Shown in pieces: positions 1 to 8,250 of a DNA stretch of 64,000 nt. Under the pieces are notes generated by a model. That model did not search any database. It saw nothing but the letters and a program-made list of their open reading frames with translations, and was not told the origin of the DNA. The stretch is from Eubacteriales bacterium (GTDB taxonomy: Bacteria > Bacillota > Clostridia > Oscillospirales > CAG-382): contig JAZTXJ010000093.1 of the NCBI GenBank assembly GCA_045636285.1, positions 1,127 through 65,126 on the forward strand, read 5' to 3'. The number at the start of each line of letters is the position of its first letter. The first letter of the stretch is position 1. The position numbers and the translations under genes are program-made.

Positions 1-1374
1 CCGACAATCCAGAACAATTTCGAGCTCCCGCCGTACCGTCTGTTCGGTAACCGCGATGCTTTTGATTGCCACGGTGCCGTAAACTTTATCAACCGATTAA
101 ACGCACGTTTTGCCGAATACGCCGCTAATAACCAGGGCTTTTATATCTGTGATATAAACTATGTGGCTTCCTGCTTCGGTTTGGATAAATGGTACGACGA
201 TCAGGCTTGGTATATGTATAAATACGCCTGCTCGCTCGAAGCGGTTCCCCACGTTGCATACAATCTTTCCCATATTATCAAATCGCTCTTCGGCAAAAAC
301 AAAAAGGTTCTTGCGCTCGATCTCGATAATACACTTTGGGGCGGCGTTGTAGGTGACGACGGAGTAGAAGGAATCGAAATAGGCGAAGAAACCGCAACCG
401 CAGAATGCTTCAAAGCGTTTCAGGAATACGTAAAGAAGCAAAAGAGTATCGGTATTATGCTCACGGTTGCTTCTAAAAACGATCACGAAAACGCTATTGC
501 GGGATTAAATCACCCCGACGGTGTCCTTCGCCCCGATGATTTTATAGTTATCAAAGCAAATTGGGAAACAAAGGACAGAAACCTCGCCGCAACCGCTTCG
601 GAAATGGATCTCGGAGTAGATTCGTTCGTATTTGCGGACGATAATCCTACCGAACGCGCGTTGGTCGAACGAAGCATCAAAGGCATTGCAGTTCCTTTAA
701 TGGATAACCCCTCTGACTATATTCGCACGATTGACAGAAACGGTTATTTCGAAGTAACCAACTTCTCTTCCGACGACCTTAAGAGAAACGAAATGTATAA
801 AGCCAACGTCAAACGCGCCGAAATGTCGACCGAATTCACAGACTATAACGAATATCTGTTAAGTCTTGATATGAAAGCCGAAATCAAGCCGTTTGCGCCG
901 GTTTATATGCAGCGTATAACTCAGCTCACAAACAAGTCAAACCAATTCAATCTTACCACAAAGCGCTACACACAGCAGGAAATCGAATCCGCTGTCGAAG
1001 ACGGAAAGCATATAACGCTCTACGGAAAGCTTGCCGATATGTTCGGTGATAACGGTGTAGTATCGGTGGTTATAGGCGAAATCAAAGACGACGTATGCGA
1101 TATCGAATTGTGGCTTATGAGCTGCCGCGTTCTTAAAAAGAATATAGAATACGCAATGCTCGATACACTTGTTTCGGAATGCAAGGCCCGCGGATTAAGC
1201 AAGATTATCGGTCACTATTACCCCACCGCAAAGAACGGAATGGTTAAAAATCTATTCGCCGATTTCGGATTTGAAAAGGTTTTAGAAGCCGAAGACGGAA
1301 CAACCGAATGGATCCTTTCTACCGAAAACTATGAAAATAAAAACAACGTTATAAAAGTAAACACGGAGGAATAA
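1..1374 (+). CDS. FkbH-like HAD-superfamily (subfamily IIIC) protein, 5' end cut by the window edge
   Basis: Frame 1 is open from nt 1, and the listed start at 163 is an internal GTG, so the gene begins upstream of the window. HAD motif I 'LDLDNTLWGGVVGDDG' and a later 'FADDNP' are present. An acyl carrier protein gene follows after a 1-nt gap, which is the typical FkbH-ACP arrangement. Confidence 0.75.
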   Translation, partial: PTIQNNFELPPYRLFGNRDAFDCHGAVNFINRLNARFAEYAANNQGFYICDINYVASCFGLDKWYDDQAWYMYKYACSLEAVPHVAYNLSHIIKSLFGKNKKVLALDLDNTLWGGVVGDDGVEGIEIGEETATAECFKAFQEYVKKQKSIGIMLTVASKNDHENAIAGLNHPDGVLRPDDFIVIKANWETKDRNLAATASEMDLGVDSFVFADDNPTERALVERSIKGIAVPLMDNPSDYIRTIDRNGYFEVTNFSSDDLKRNEMYKANVKRAEMSTEFTDYNEYLLSLDMKAEIKPFAPVYMQRITQLTNKSNQFNLTTKRYTQQEIESAVEDGKHITLYGKLADMFGDNGVVSVVIGEIKDDVCDIELWLMSCRVLKKNIEYAMLDTLVSECKARGLSKIIGHYYPTAKNGMVKNLFADFGFEKVLEAEDGTTEWILSTENYENKNNVIKVNTEE

Positions 1375-1375
1375 A

Positions 1376-1612
1376 ATGGCTAACAACATTAACGAAAGAC
1401 TCAACGAAGTATTCCAGAACGTTTTCGATGACGAAGATATCACTGTCGACAGAGATACCACCGCAGATGATATCGAAGATTGGGATAGCCTTGAGCATAT
1501 AAGACTCATCGCGGCAGTTGAACGTGAATTCGGCGTTAAATTCACTATGAAAGAAGTCAGCTCGATGAAAAACGTCGGCGAAATGATGGATATAATCGCC
1601 GAAAGAGGATAA
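1376..1612 (+). CDS. Acyl carrier protein (phosphopantetheine-binding)
   Basis: 78 aa and acidic, with 'EDWDSLEHIRLIAAVEREFGV' carrying the DSL serine attachment motif. GGAGGA RBS lies 6 nt upstream of the ATG. Confidence 0.85.
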   Translation: MANNINERLNEVFQNVFDDEDITVDRDTTADDIEDWDSLEHIRLIAAVEREFGVKFTMKEVSSMKNVGEMMDIIAERG

Positions 1613-1616
1613 TAAC

Positions 1617-1656
1617 GAAAAAGAAGTTATGGTCGTGTATCATAACTTCTTTTTAC
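1617..1656 (+). terminator. Intrinsic terminator/attenuator hairpin between the ACP and methyltransferase genes
   Basis: AAGAAGTTATG (1621-1631) pairs with CATAACTTCTT (1641-1651) and is followed by a T-run. Confidence 0.6.
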
Positions 1657-1667
1657 AGGAGATAATT

Positions 1668-2393
1668 ATGCCTAGTTCTATTAATGATTACAGAAGCCTT
1701 ATCGAAAAACCGTACGGTAGAATATTTTACGACATTGTTTTTTCACAGCTTGAAATCAACAGCGATAAAAAACTTGATATACTCGACTATGGCGCAGGAT
1801 TCTGTGTAACCGCCAATCAGTACGCAAAACATCATAACGTAACCGCTTACGAGCCAAATCCCGATATGTTAATGCACAGAGTTATCACCAACAAATATTC
1901 TGTTATCGATTCTCATTCGGAAATCAAAGAATTGCCCGATGAATGCTTCGACTATATAATTTGTCACAACGTTTTGGAATATGTTCCAAGCAAAGAAGAA
2001 ATAATTCCGGAGCTCGCGCGTTTACTTAAACCGAACGGAATACTCTCTATTGTCAAGCACAATAAGGCAGGGCGAATAATCGCAACCGCCGTCTTTTCGG
2101 ATTCTCCGAAAGAAGCGCTTGAACTTATAAAAAACGAAGCTTCAATAGACAGTATGTTTGGCAAACGCGACTCCTTTTCTAACGAAACGCTGATCCAATT
2201 AATGAAAATCCAAGGATTAGACCATCAAAAAACTTTTGGTGTACGAGCATTTTACGGCTTATCTTCAAATAACGATATAAAATATACCGACGAATGGTAT
2301 GAAAATATGCTCGAGTTAGAAATCAAAGTCGCTGAAATGGAAGAATACAGACAAATCGCCTTTTTTAATCATTTAAAATTCATCAAGAAATAA
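1668..2393 (+). CDS. Class I SAM-dependent methyltransferase
   Basis: SAM motif I 'ILDYGAGFCV', then 'IICHNVLEYV' and 'LLKPNGILSIV'. I chose the ATG at 1668 (AGGAGA RBS) because the ORF-track start at 1629 lies inside the terminator hairpin. Confidence 0.8.
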   Translation: MPSSINDYRSLIEKPYGRIFYDIVFSQLEINSDKKLDILDYGAGFCVTANQYAKHHNVTAYEPNPDMLMHRVITNKYSVIDSHSEIKELPDECFDYIICHNVLEYVPSKEEIIPELARLLKPNGILSIVKHNKAGRIIATAVFSDSPKEALELIKNEASIDSMFGKRDSFSNETLIQLMKIQGLDHQKTFGVRAFYGLSSNNDIKYTDEWYENMLELEIKVAEMEEYRQIAFFNHLKFIKK

Positions 2394-2551
2394 TTATCCA
2401 ACGGCATTATCGATAACATAGAAAGCGATTGAACGGTATTCGTACTTAACCTACGGTTAATTTCAAGTTGCGATTTAGTGTCTTCAACTTTTAAAGTTCC
2501 TATGCCATAATCTATACACGGTACCGAATTAATGATTGGAGGTCATAAGAC

Positions 2552-3709
2552 ATGGCAGAAACAATGGGACAAATAATAAAGCGCTTACGAAAAGAACGAA
2601 ATCTTACTCAGGAAGAACTTGCAGAGCATTTAGGCATATCCGCACCTGCCGTTTCAAAGTGGGAAAACAATACCGCTATGCCGGACATCTCGCAAGTTGT
2701 GCCGCTCGCAAATCTGTTTGGAGTTACGACAGATGTTTTGTTTGGTACATACGGCATAGAACACGAAAATGAAGTAAATTCTCGTCTTAAAGAAATTTAT
2801 GAAATATATGATAGTTGCAAACACGGGGATGAAGGCGCTACTGCTCTAGTTATACTCGAAAAATATCGTGATGCAATTCGTACCTATCCCAACAATCCCA
2901 CATTATTGTTAGAAGCTTCTGCTTTCGGAACAATGATACTGCAAAATAACGAATCGGAATTAAAAGATATTATTGGAGATAACGGTATTATTTCGCTTTC
3001 AAATGAAATAATACATTGGGCAGAGCTGGTCGTTAAATACAGTTCATCGGTCGAACATATATTGTCAGCAAAACGATATTTAATCGATATTTACGTATAT
3101 CGAAAAAATTGGGACGCCGCATACGCTTTAGCAGAAACTTTTCCGAATTCTATTGAAAACATTCGTAGTTTTCTGATGGCGGATTTGAAATATCGGGCAT
3201 CCAAGAGCGATGAAGAAAAAACATATCGTTATGATAATATATGCACGCTTTCATCAAGATTAGGGCACGAAGTAGCTACACTCGGCAATTTGTATATGCG
3301 AGAAGGAAGACTCGAAGACGCGCTTTATTGCTACACTTTTCTTCGCAATATGGTTGAAACGATGTATATGGAAGAAAAATACCGACCCCCATTTGTTTTC
3401 GATTACTATCCTATGTATCGCTTTCCGGCAGAATGTCTTGTAAAGTTAGGACGAATTGATGAAGCAATCAAACTACTTAACGAAGGTGTTGCATTTATTC
3501 TGGATCAAGCCGAAAGCTTCAACAAAAAGAAACAACTTGATATTCCTCTTCTGCGTGATTATTCGTTTGGTTACGGCCACGACGGCAATGCAAATTACCC
3601 CGATCTTTCGGGAAGATTAAAACACTTCTTGAATTCCGATACCTTTAAGGTATTGGAAAACAATTCCAAATACAATGCTCTACTCAAAAAAGTAAATAGT
3701 CATAAATAA
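2552..3709 (+). CDS. XRE-family HTH transcriptional regulator with a long helical (TPR-like) C-terminal domain
   Basis: N-terminus 'IIKRLRKERNLTQEELAEHLGISAPAVSKWENNTAMPDI' is a classic Cro/C1 HTH. About 300 aa of helical repeats follow. GGAGG RBS lies 8 nt upstream. Confidence 0.85.
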   Translation: MAETMGQIIKRLRKERNLTQEELAEHLGISAPAVSKWENNTAMPDISQVVPLANLFGVTTDVLFGTYGIEHENEVNSRLKEIYEIYDSCKHGDEGATALVILEKYRDAIRTYPNNPTLLLEASAFGTMILQNNESELKDIIGDNGIISLSNEIIHWAELVVKYSSSVEHILSAKRYLIDIYVYRKNWDAAYALAETFPNSIENIRSFLMADLKYRASKSDEEKTYRYDNICTLSSRLGHEVATLGNLYMREGRLEDALYCYTFLRNMVETMYMEEKYRPPFVFDYYPMYRFPAECLVKLGRIDEAIKLLNEGVAFILDQAESFNKKKQLDIPLLRDYSFGYGHDGNANYPDLSGRLKHFLNSDTFKVLENNSKYNALLKKVNSHK

Positions 3710-3711
3710 AA

Positions 3712-3745
3712 AACAGAAAGACCCCCGATCAGGTGGTCTTTTCTA
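3712..3745. terminator. Bidirectional hairpin between convergent genes
   Basis: CAGAAAGACC...GGTCTTTTCT is flanked by an A-run and a T-run, between the stop codons at 3709 (+) and 3748 (-). Confidence 0.6.
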
Positions 3746-3747
3746 AA

Positions 3748-5592
3748 TCAGTTGTTCTGAGCAGCTTTCTTTGCTCTGCTTTCCGCCTTCATACGCAATT
3801 CCTTATTAAGAATACGCTTGCGAATACGAATCGATTGAGGTGTAACCTCGATAAGCTCGTCATCTGCGATAAATTCAATAGCTTCTTCGAGCGACATAAT
3901 AATAGGCGGTGTAAGAATAAGCTTTTCATCGGCACCTGCGGAACGAATAGCGGTAAGCTGCTTCTTCTTGCAAGGATTTATTGCCATATCTTCGCCTTTG
4001 GGGTTAATACCTACAACCATTCCCTCATATACATTCATACCGGGGGATACAAACAAATTGCCGCGTTCCTGCGAGTTATAGCAACCGTAAGAGGTGGTTT
4101 CGCCGTCTTCACTTGCAATAAGCGAGCCGGTAAAGCGGATCTGGATTTCTCCCTTGAACGGCTTATAGCCTTCGAAAATGCTGTTCAAAATACCTTCGCC
4201 GCGGGTTGCGGACATAAACATACTTCTGTAACCGATAAGACAGCGTGCGGGAATAGAATATTCTATTCTCATACGAGTACCGTTACCGTTGGGGTTCATC
4301 TGTAAGAGCTCACCCTTACGGCGACTCAATTCTTCAACTACCGTTCCGACATAATCGTTGGGTACATCGGCGGTAACCAATTCAAACGGTTCACATTTAA
4401 CACCGTCTATTTCTTTATAAAGAACACGAGGTGTAGAACAGCAGAGCTCGAATCCTTCGCGGCGCATATTTTCGATAAGTATCGAAAGATGCATTTCACC
4501 GCGGCCCGCAACGTTAAAGCAATCGGTGGTATCGCCTTCGCTTACACGAAGCGAAACGTCTTTCAAAAGCTCTTTAAAGAGTCTGTCACGAAGCTGGCGA
4601 GAAGTAACGAACTTACCTTCTCTACCCGCAAAGGGAGAATCATTGACAGAAAAGGTCATTTCCATAGTAGGCTCGCCAACCTTGACAAATTCAAGAGGTT
4701 CGGGGCAAGCAACGGAGGTAATGGTATCGCCGATAGTAATGTCTTCTGCACCGGAGAAGCATACAATATCGCCCATTGTCGCATTCTGAACAGGCACACG
4801 GTTCAAGCCGTCTATCTGATAAAGAGAAACGATTTTTGTTTTCTTCGGAGCGGCGTTGGAGTGGAAGTTGGTTATCAAGGCTTCCTGACCTTGTCTTATC
4901 GCACCGCGTTCGATTCTGCCTATGCCGATACGACCAACGTATTCGTTGTAGTCGATAGAGGAAACCAAAAGCTGTAATTCACCTTCGGGATCGCCTTCGG
5001 GTGCGGGAATATGAGAAAGAATGGTTTCGAACAAGGGCTGTAAGTCAGTGCCCTGTTCATAAGGCGAAAGCGATGCTGTGCCCGCTCTGCCCGAGCAGAA
5101 AAGAGTGGGGCTTTCAAGCTGTTCGTCGCTTGCGTCGAGATCGAACAAGAGCTCGAGAACCTCGTCCATAACCTCTTCGATACGTGCATCGGCACGGTCG
5201 ATCTTATTAACAACAACGATTACCTTGTGGTTCAATTCGAGTGCTCTCTGCAATACAAAGCGCGTCTGGGGCATGGGGCCCTCTGCGGCGTCAACGAGAA
5301 GAATAACGCCGTTAACCATTTTAAGAATTCTTTCGACCTCTCCGCCGAAGTCTGCGTGGCCGGGAGTGTCGATAACGTTTATCTTAACGTTTTTATAATG
5401 AATTGCCGTATTCTTTGCCAATATAGTAATTCCGCGTTCACGTTCGAGAGCATTGTTATCCATAACTCTGTCTTCCGTAACTTGATTCTCGCGAAATACA
5501 CCGCCCTGCTTGAGCATTTCATCTACCAAAGTTGTTTTACCGTGGTCAACGTGTGCGATTATGGCGATATTTCTCAAATCTTCTCTGATCAT
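3748..5592 (-). CDS. typA: Translational GTPase TypA/BipA
   Basis: 'NIAIIAHVDHGKTTLVD' (G1), 'DTPGHADFGGEV' (G3), 'NKIDR' (G4). 614 aa with the EF-G-like domain order typical of BipA. Confidence 0.95.
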   Translation of the reverse strand: MIREDLRNIAIIAHVDHGKTTLVDEMLKQGGVFRENQVTEDRVMDNNALERERGITILAKNTAIHYKNVKINVIDTPGHADFGGEVERILKMVNGVILLVDAAEGPMPQTRFVLQRALELNHKVIVVVNKIDRADARIEEVMDEVLELLFDLDASDEQLESPTLFCSGRAGTASLSPYEQGTDLQPLFETILSHIPAPEGDPEGELQLLVSSIDYNEYVGRIGIGRIERGAIRQGQEALITNFHSNAAPKKTKIVSLYQIDGLNRVPVQNATMGDIVCFSGAEDITIGDTITSVACPEPLEFVKVGEPTMEMTFSVNDSPFAGREGKFVTSRQLRDRLFKELLKDVSLRVSEGDTTDCFNVAGRGEMHLSILIENMRREGFELCCSTPRVLYKEIDGVKCEPFELVTADVPNDYVGTVVEELSRRKGELLQMNPNGNGTRMRIEYSIPARCLIGYRSMFMSATRGEGILNSIFEGYKPFKGEIQIRFTGSLIASEDGETTSYGCYNSQERGNLFVSPGMNVYEGMVVGINPKGEDMAINPCKKKQLTAIRSAGADEKLILTPPIIMSLEEAIEFIADDELIEVTPQSIRIRKRILNKELRMKAESRAKKAAQNN

Positions 5593-5766
5593 CAGCTGTC
5601 TCCATTATAATATTTCGTCTATTTTCTACTTTACTATAAAATTATACACAAAAAACATCACTATGCAATGTGCATATTTAATAATATTTATCTTATGCGT
5701 AATTTTCTCTTTATTTTATTTCCCAAAAGTGTTATAATAACGTAGTTAATTGTATAAATTCGGTAG

Positions 5767-7137
5767 GTGAATATATTGAACATAAACGAATTGAATCTGA
5801 ATTCCGGTCTGTATTTTCTCGGTATCGGCGGCATCAGTATGTCCGCTATCGCAATGATTCTCGCGGGAAAAGGCTACAGTATTTCGGGATACGACCGCAC
5901 CCTTGGCGAAGTTACCGATAAGCTCGAATCCAACGGCATAAAGGTATACGATAACTTCGAATCATCACAGCTAGAAAACTGCGGCGCCGTTATATATTCT
6001 GCCGCTTTCGGAAACGATCATCCTATTATGCAAGAGGTTCTCAAAAGCGGAAAACCGCTTTATTCGAGAGCCGAAGTGCTCGGTGCGCTCGCAAAGCTTT
6101 ACAAAAATTCTGTTGCAGTAGCGGGTACCCACGGTAAATCCACGACAACCGGCATGCTCGGTCACGTTCTTCTTAATGCCTTGGGGTGCGATCCCACGGT
6201 TGTTGTCGGTGCAGTTATGCGCGACGTCGGTTCGACATACAGAATCGGCAAGGATGAAAACTTCGTCTTCGAAGCTTGCGAATACAAGGACAGCTTTTTG
6301 TCCTTCTTCCCCAAAATAGCCGTGGTTTTAAACATCAAGCTCGACCACACCGATTATTTCAGCGGAATTGAGCATATGCGCGATTCCTTCACGAAGTATA
6401 TGAACAACAGCGGAACGGACGGCTATGCGGTATACAATTTCGACTGTGAAAATTCCGTGCTTGCCGCAAAGGAATATAAAGGAACACACGTCACGTTCAG
6501 CTCCTGCGGCAATAAAGAAGCCGATTATTCCGCGCAAAATATATCATTCACCAATGGGTTTGCTACGTACGATGTTTTCAAAAAAGGCGAATTCTTTATG
6601 TCGCTTAAGCTTTCTTCTCCCGGTGAACACAATGTATCCAATTCTTTAGCGGTCGTCGCCGTGTGCGATATTAACGGAATTTCCAAAGAAGATATTGTAA
6701 AGGGTCTGTACAGCTATGCAGGCGTTGGCAGACGCTTCGAATATAAAGGAAGCTTTTGCGGTGCAGAGGTGTATGACGATTACGCTCATCACCCCGATGA
6801 AATCAAGGTCACACTTGCCGCGGCAAAGGCTATTTCGCGCGGAAGAGTTATATGCGTTTTCCAGCCTCATAACTATTCCCGTTTAAGAGATCTCTTCGAA
6901 GACTTCAAATTCTCGTTCACCGATGCTGATCTGCTTGTTCTCTGTCCTCTTTATGCGGCAAGAGAAGCTTGCGGAACCGAAGTTTCGTCGGAACTGCTCG
7001 CGAAAGAAATTGAAGGCGCCGTTTATCTCGATAGCTTCGAACGCGTAAAAGATTACCTTAAATCAGAATTAAAAAGCGGAGATCTGCTTTTAATAATGGG
7101 TGCAGGCGATATTTCGAAGCTCGCAAACAGTATTTAA
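5767..7137 (+). CDS. murC: UDP-N-acetylmuramate--L-alanine ligase
   Basis: 'FLGIGGISMSAIA' (Rossmann), 'VAVAGTHGKSTTTGM' (Mur ligase P-loop), 'DDYAHHPDEI'. The start (GTG 5767 versus TTG 5776) is uncertain. Confidence 0.92.
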   Translation: MNILNINELNLNSGLYFLGIGGISMSAIAMILAGKGYSISGYDRTLGEVTDKLESNGIKVYDNFESSQLENCGAVIYSAAFGNDHPIMQEVLKSGKPLYSRAEVLGALAKLYKNSVAVAGTHGKSTTTGMLGHVLLNALGCDPTVVVGAVMRDVGSTYRIGKDENFVFEACEYKDSFLSFFPKIAVVLNIKLDHTDYFSGIEHMRDSFTKYMNNSGTDGYAVYNFDCENSVLAAKEYKGTHVTFSSCGNKEADYSAQNISFTNGFATYDVFKKGEFFMSLKLSSPGEHNVSNSLAVVAVCDINGISKEDIVKGLYSYAGVGRRFEYKGSFCGAEVYDDYAHHPDEIKVTLAAAKAISRGRVICVFQPHNYSRLRDLFEDFKFSFTDADLLVLCPLYAAREACGTEVSSELLAKEIEGAVYLDSFERVKDYLKSELKSGDLLLIMGAGDISKLANSI

Positions 7138-7168
7138 CATAATTATTTATCAAAAATCAAAAAAAGAC

Positions 7169-7197
7169 TTGACAAAACACAAAAAGTGTTATATATT
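7169..7197 (+). promoter_or_regulatory. Sigma-70 type promoter for rpmB
   Basis: TTGACA (7169-7174), 17-nt spacer, TATATT (7192-7197). Confidence 0.6.
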
Positions 7198-7241
7198 AAA
7201 TTGTTCGAATTTTTACGCAAAATCTTGTGGAGGTGGAATAA

Positions 7242-7430
7242 ATGGCAAAGTGTTCAGTTTGCGGAAAGGGCGTAACGTTCGGTTGCAACGTTTCCCACTC
7301 GCACAGAAAAACTAACAGAAGTTGGAAGCCCAACATCAGAAGAGTCAAGGCTAATCTCAACGGTACCGTTAAGCACGTTTACGTTTGCTCCCGCTGCCTT
7401 AGAAGCGGCAAGGTTACCAGAGCTATATAA
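7242..7430 (+). CDS. rpmB: 50S ribosomal protein L28
   Basis: 62 aa; 'CSVCGKG...GCNVSHSHRKTNRSWKPNIRRVK' is the L28 signature. Confidence 0.95.
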   Translation: MAKCSVCGKGVTFGCNVSHSHRKTNRSWKPNIRRVKANLNGTVKHVYVCSRCLRSGKVTRAI

Positions 7431-7445
7431 GCCCACATTAACTCA

Positions 7446-7482
7446 AAAAAACGAAGCGGTTATTTAACCGCTTCATTTTTTT
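7446..7482. terminator. Bidirectional intrinsic terminator
   Basis: GAAGCGGTT (7453-7461) pairs with AACCGCTTC (7466-7474), with an A-run before and a T-run after. It overlaps the stop codon of the convergent GNAT gene. Confidence 0.75.
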
Positions 7483-8047
7483 CGTATTGCTCTCTATATA
7501 AAATGTAATCGATAACGTATCGCGTTTCACCTTTTATTTCCAGAGGATATTCTCCGTACGGATCACGCGTAAAACCCAATCTTTCCGCAAGCTTTATCGA
7601 ATCGGTATTTTCCCTTATGATCCTCAGCTTTACTTTTTCAAACCCCAGCTCTTTAAAGGAAAGCGCAAGCACCGCTTCGACTGCTTCGGTCATATAACCC
7701 TTTTTTCTGTAATAGGGCGACAAAACATATCCTATCTCGCAGGAATTTTCTTCGGAATCGATTGAAGCAAAGCCGCATGTACCAATCATTTTCCCGTTTT
7801 CCTTTAATTCCACTGCCCAATCCGCATATAAGCCGCGAAGATACCTTTTTTCGAGAAATTCGATATAGCCTTCGGTTGCCGCTATATTTAAATGAGGGCT
7901 CCATAAAAGATACCTGCAAACCTCATCAATAGAAGAATATTCATACATATCATAGGCATCCGATTGCGACACGTAGCGTATATTTAAACGCTCGGTTTCA
8001 ATCGGAATTGCTTTTTTAAATTGCCTTCTGATCTTTCTGTCTGTCAT
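7460..8047 (-). CDS. GNAT-family N-acetyltransferase (RimJ/RimL-like)
   Basis: 195 aa. 'IGYVLSPYYRKKGYMTEAVEAVL' is the acetyl-CoA binding motif A region. GAGGTG RBS. Confidence 0.8.
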   Translation of the reverse strand: MTDRKIRRQFKKAIPIETERLNIRYVSQSDAYDMYEYSSIDEVCRYLLWSPHLNIAATEGYIEFLEKRYLRGLYADWAVELKENGKMIGTCGFASIDSEENSCEIGYVLSPYYRKKGYMTEAVEAVLALSFKELGFEKVKLRIIRENTDSIKLAERLGFTRDPYGEYPLEIKGETRYVIDYILYREQYEKNEAVK

Positions 8048-8180
8048 AACAACACCTCTTTTTTGGATTATAATCTGTTATTTTTCTTTTTGCAATAGCA
8101 AAAAAAATAATAATATGTTTTTATTTAAAAAAATCCCAATAAATATCTGTTTTCTTGTACCTAAATTTCATATAACTACC

Positions 8181-8209
8181 TTGACATAATCGACCAAACA
8201 GTGTATAAT
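8181..8209 (+). promoter_or_regulatory. Consensus sigma-70 promoter
   Basis: TTGACA (8181-8186), 17 nt, TATAAT (8204-8209), upstream of the lipoprotein gene. Confidence 0.7.
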
Positions 8210-8250
8210 GGCGTTATGTATAAATAACAGATTTATAGGAGGACCGCCTA

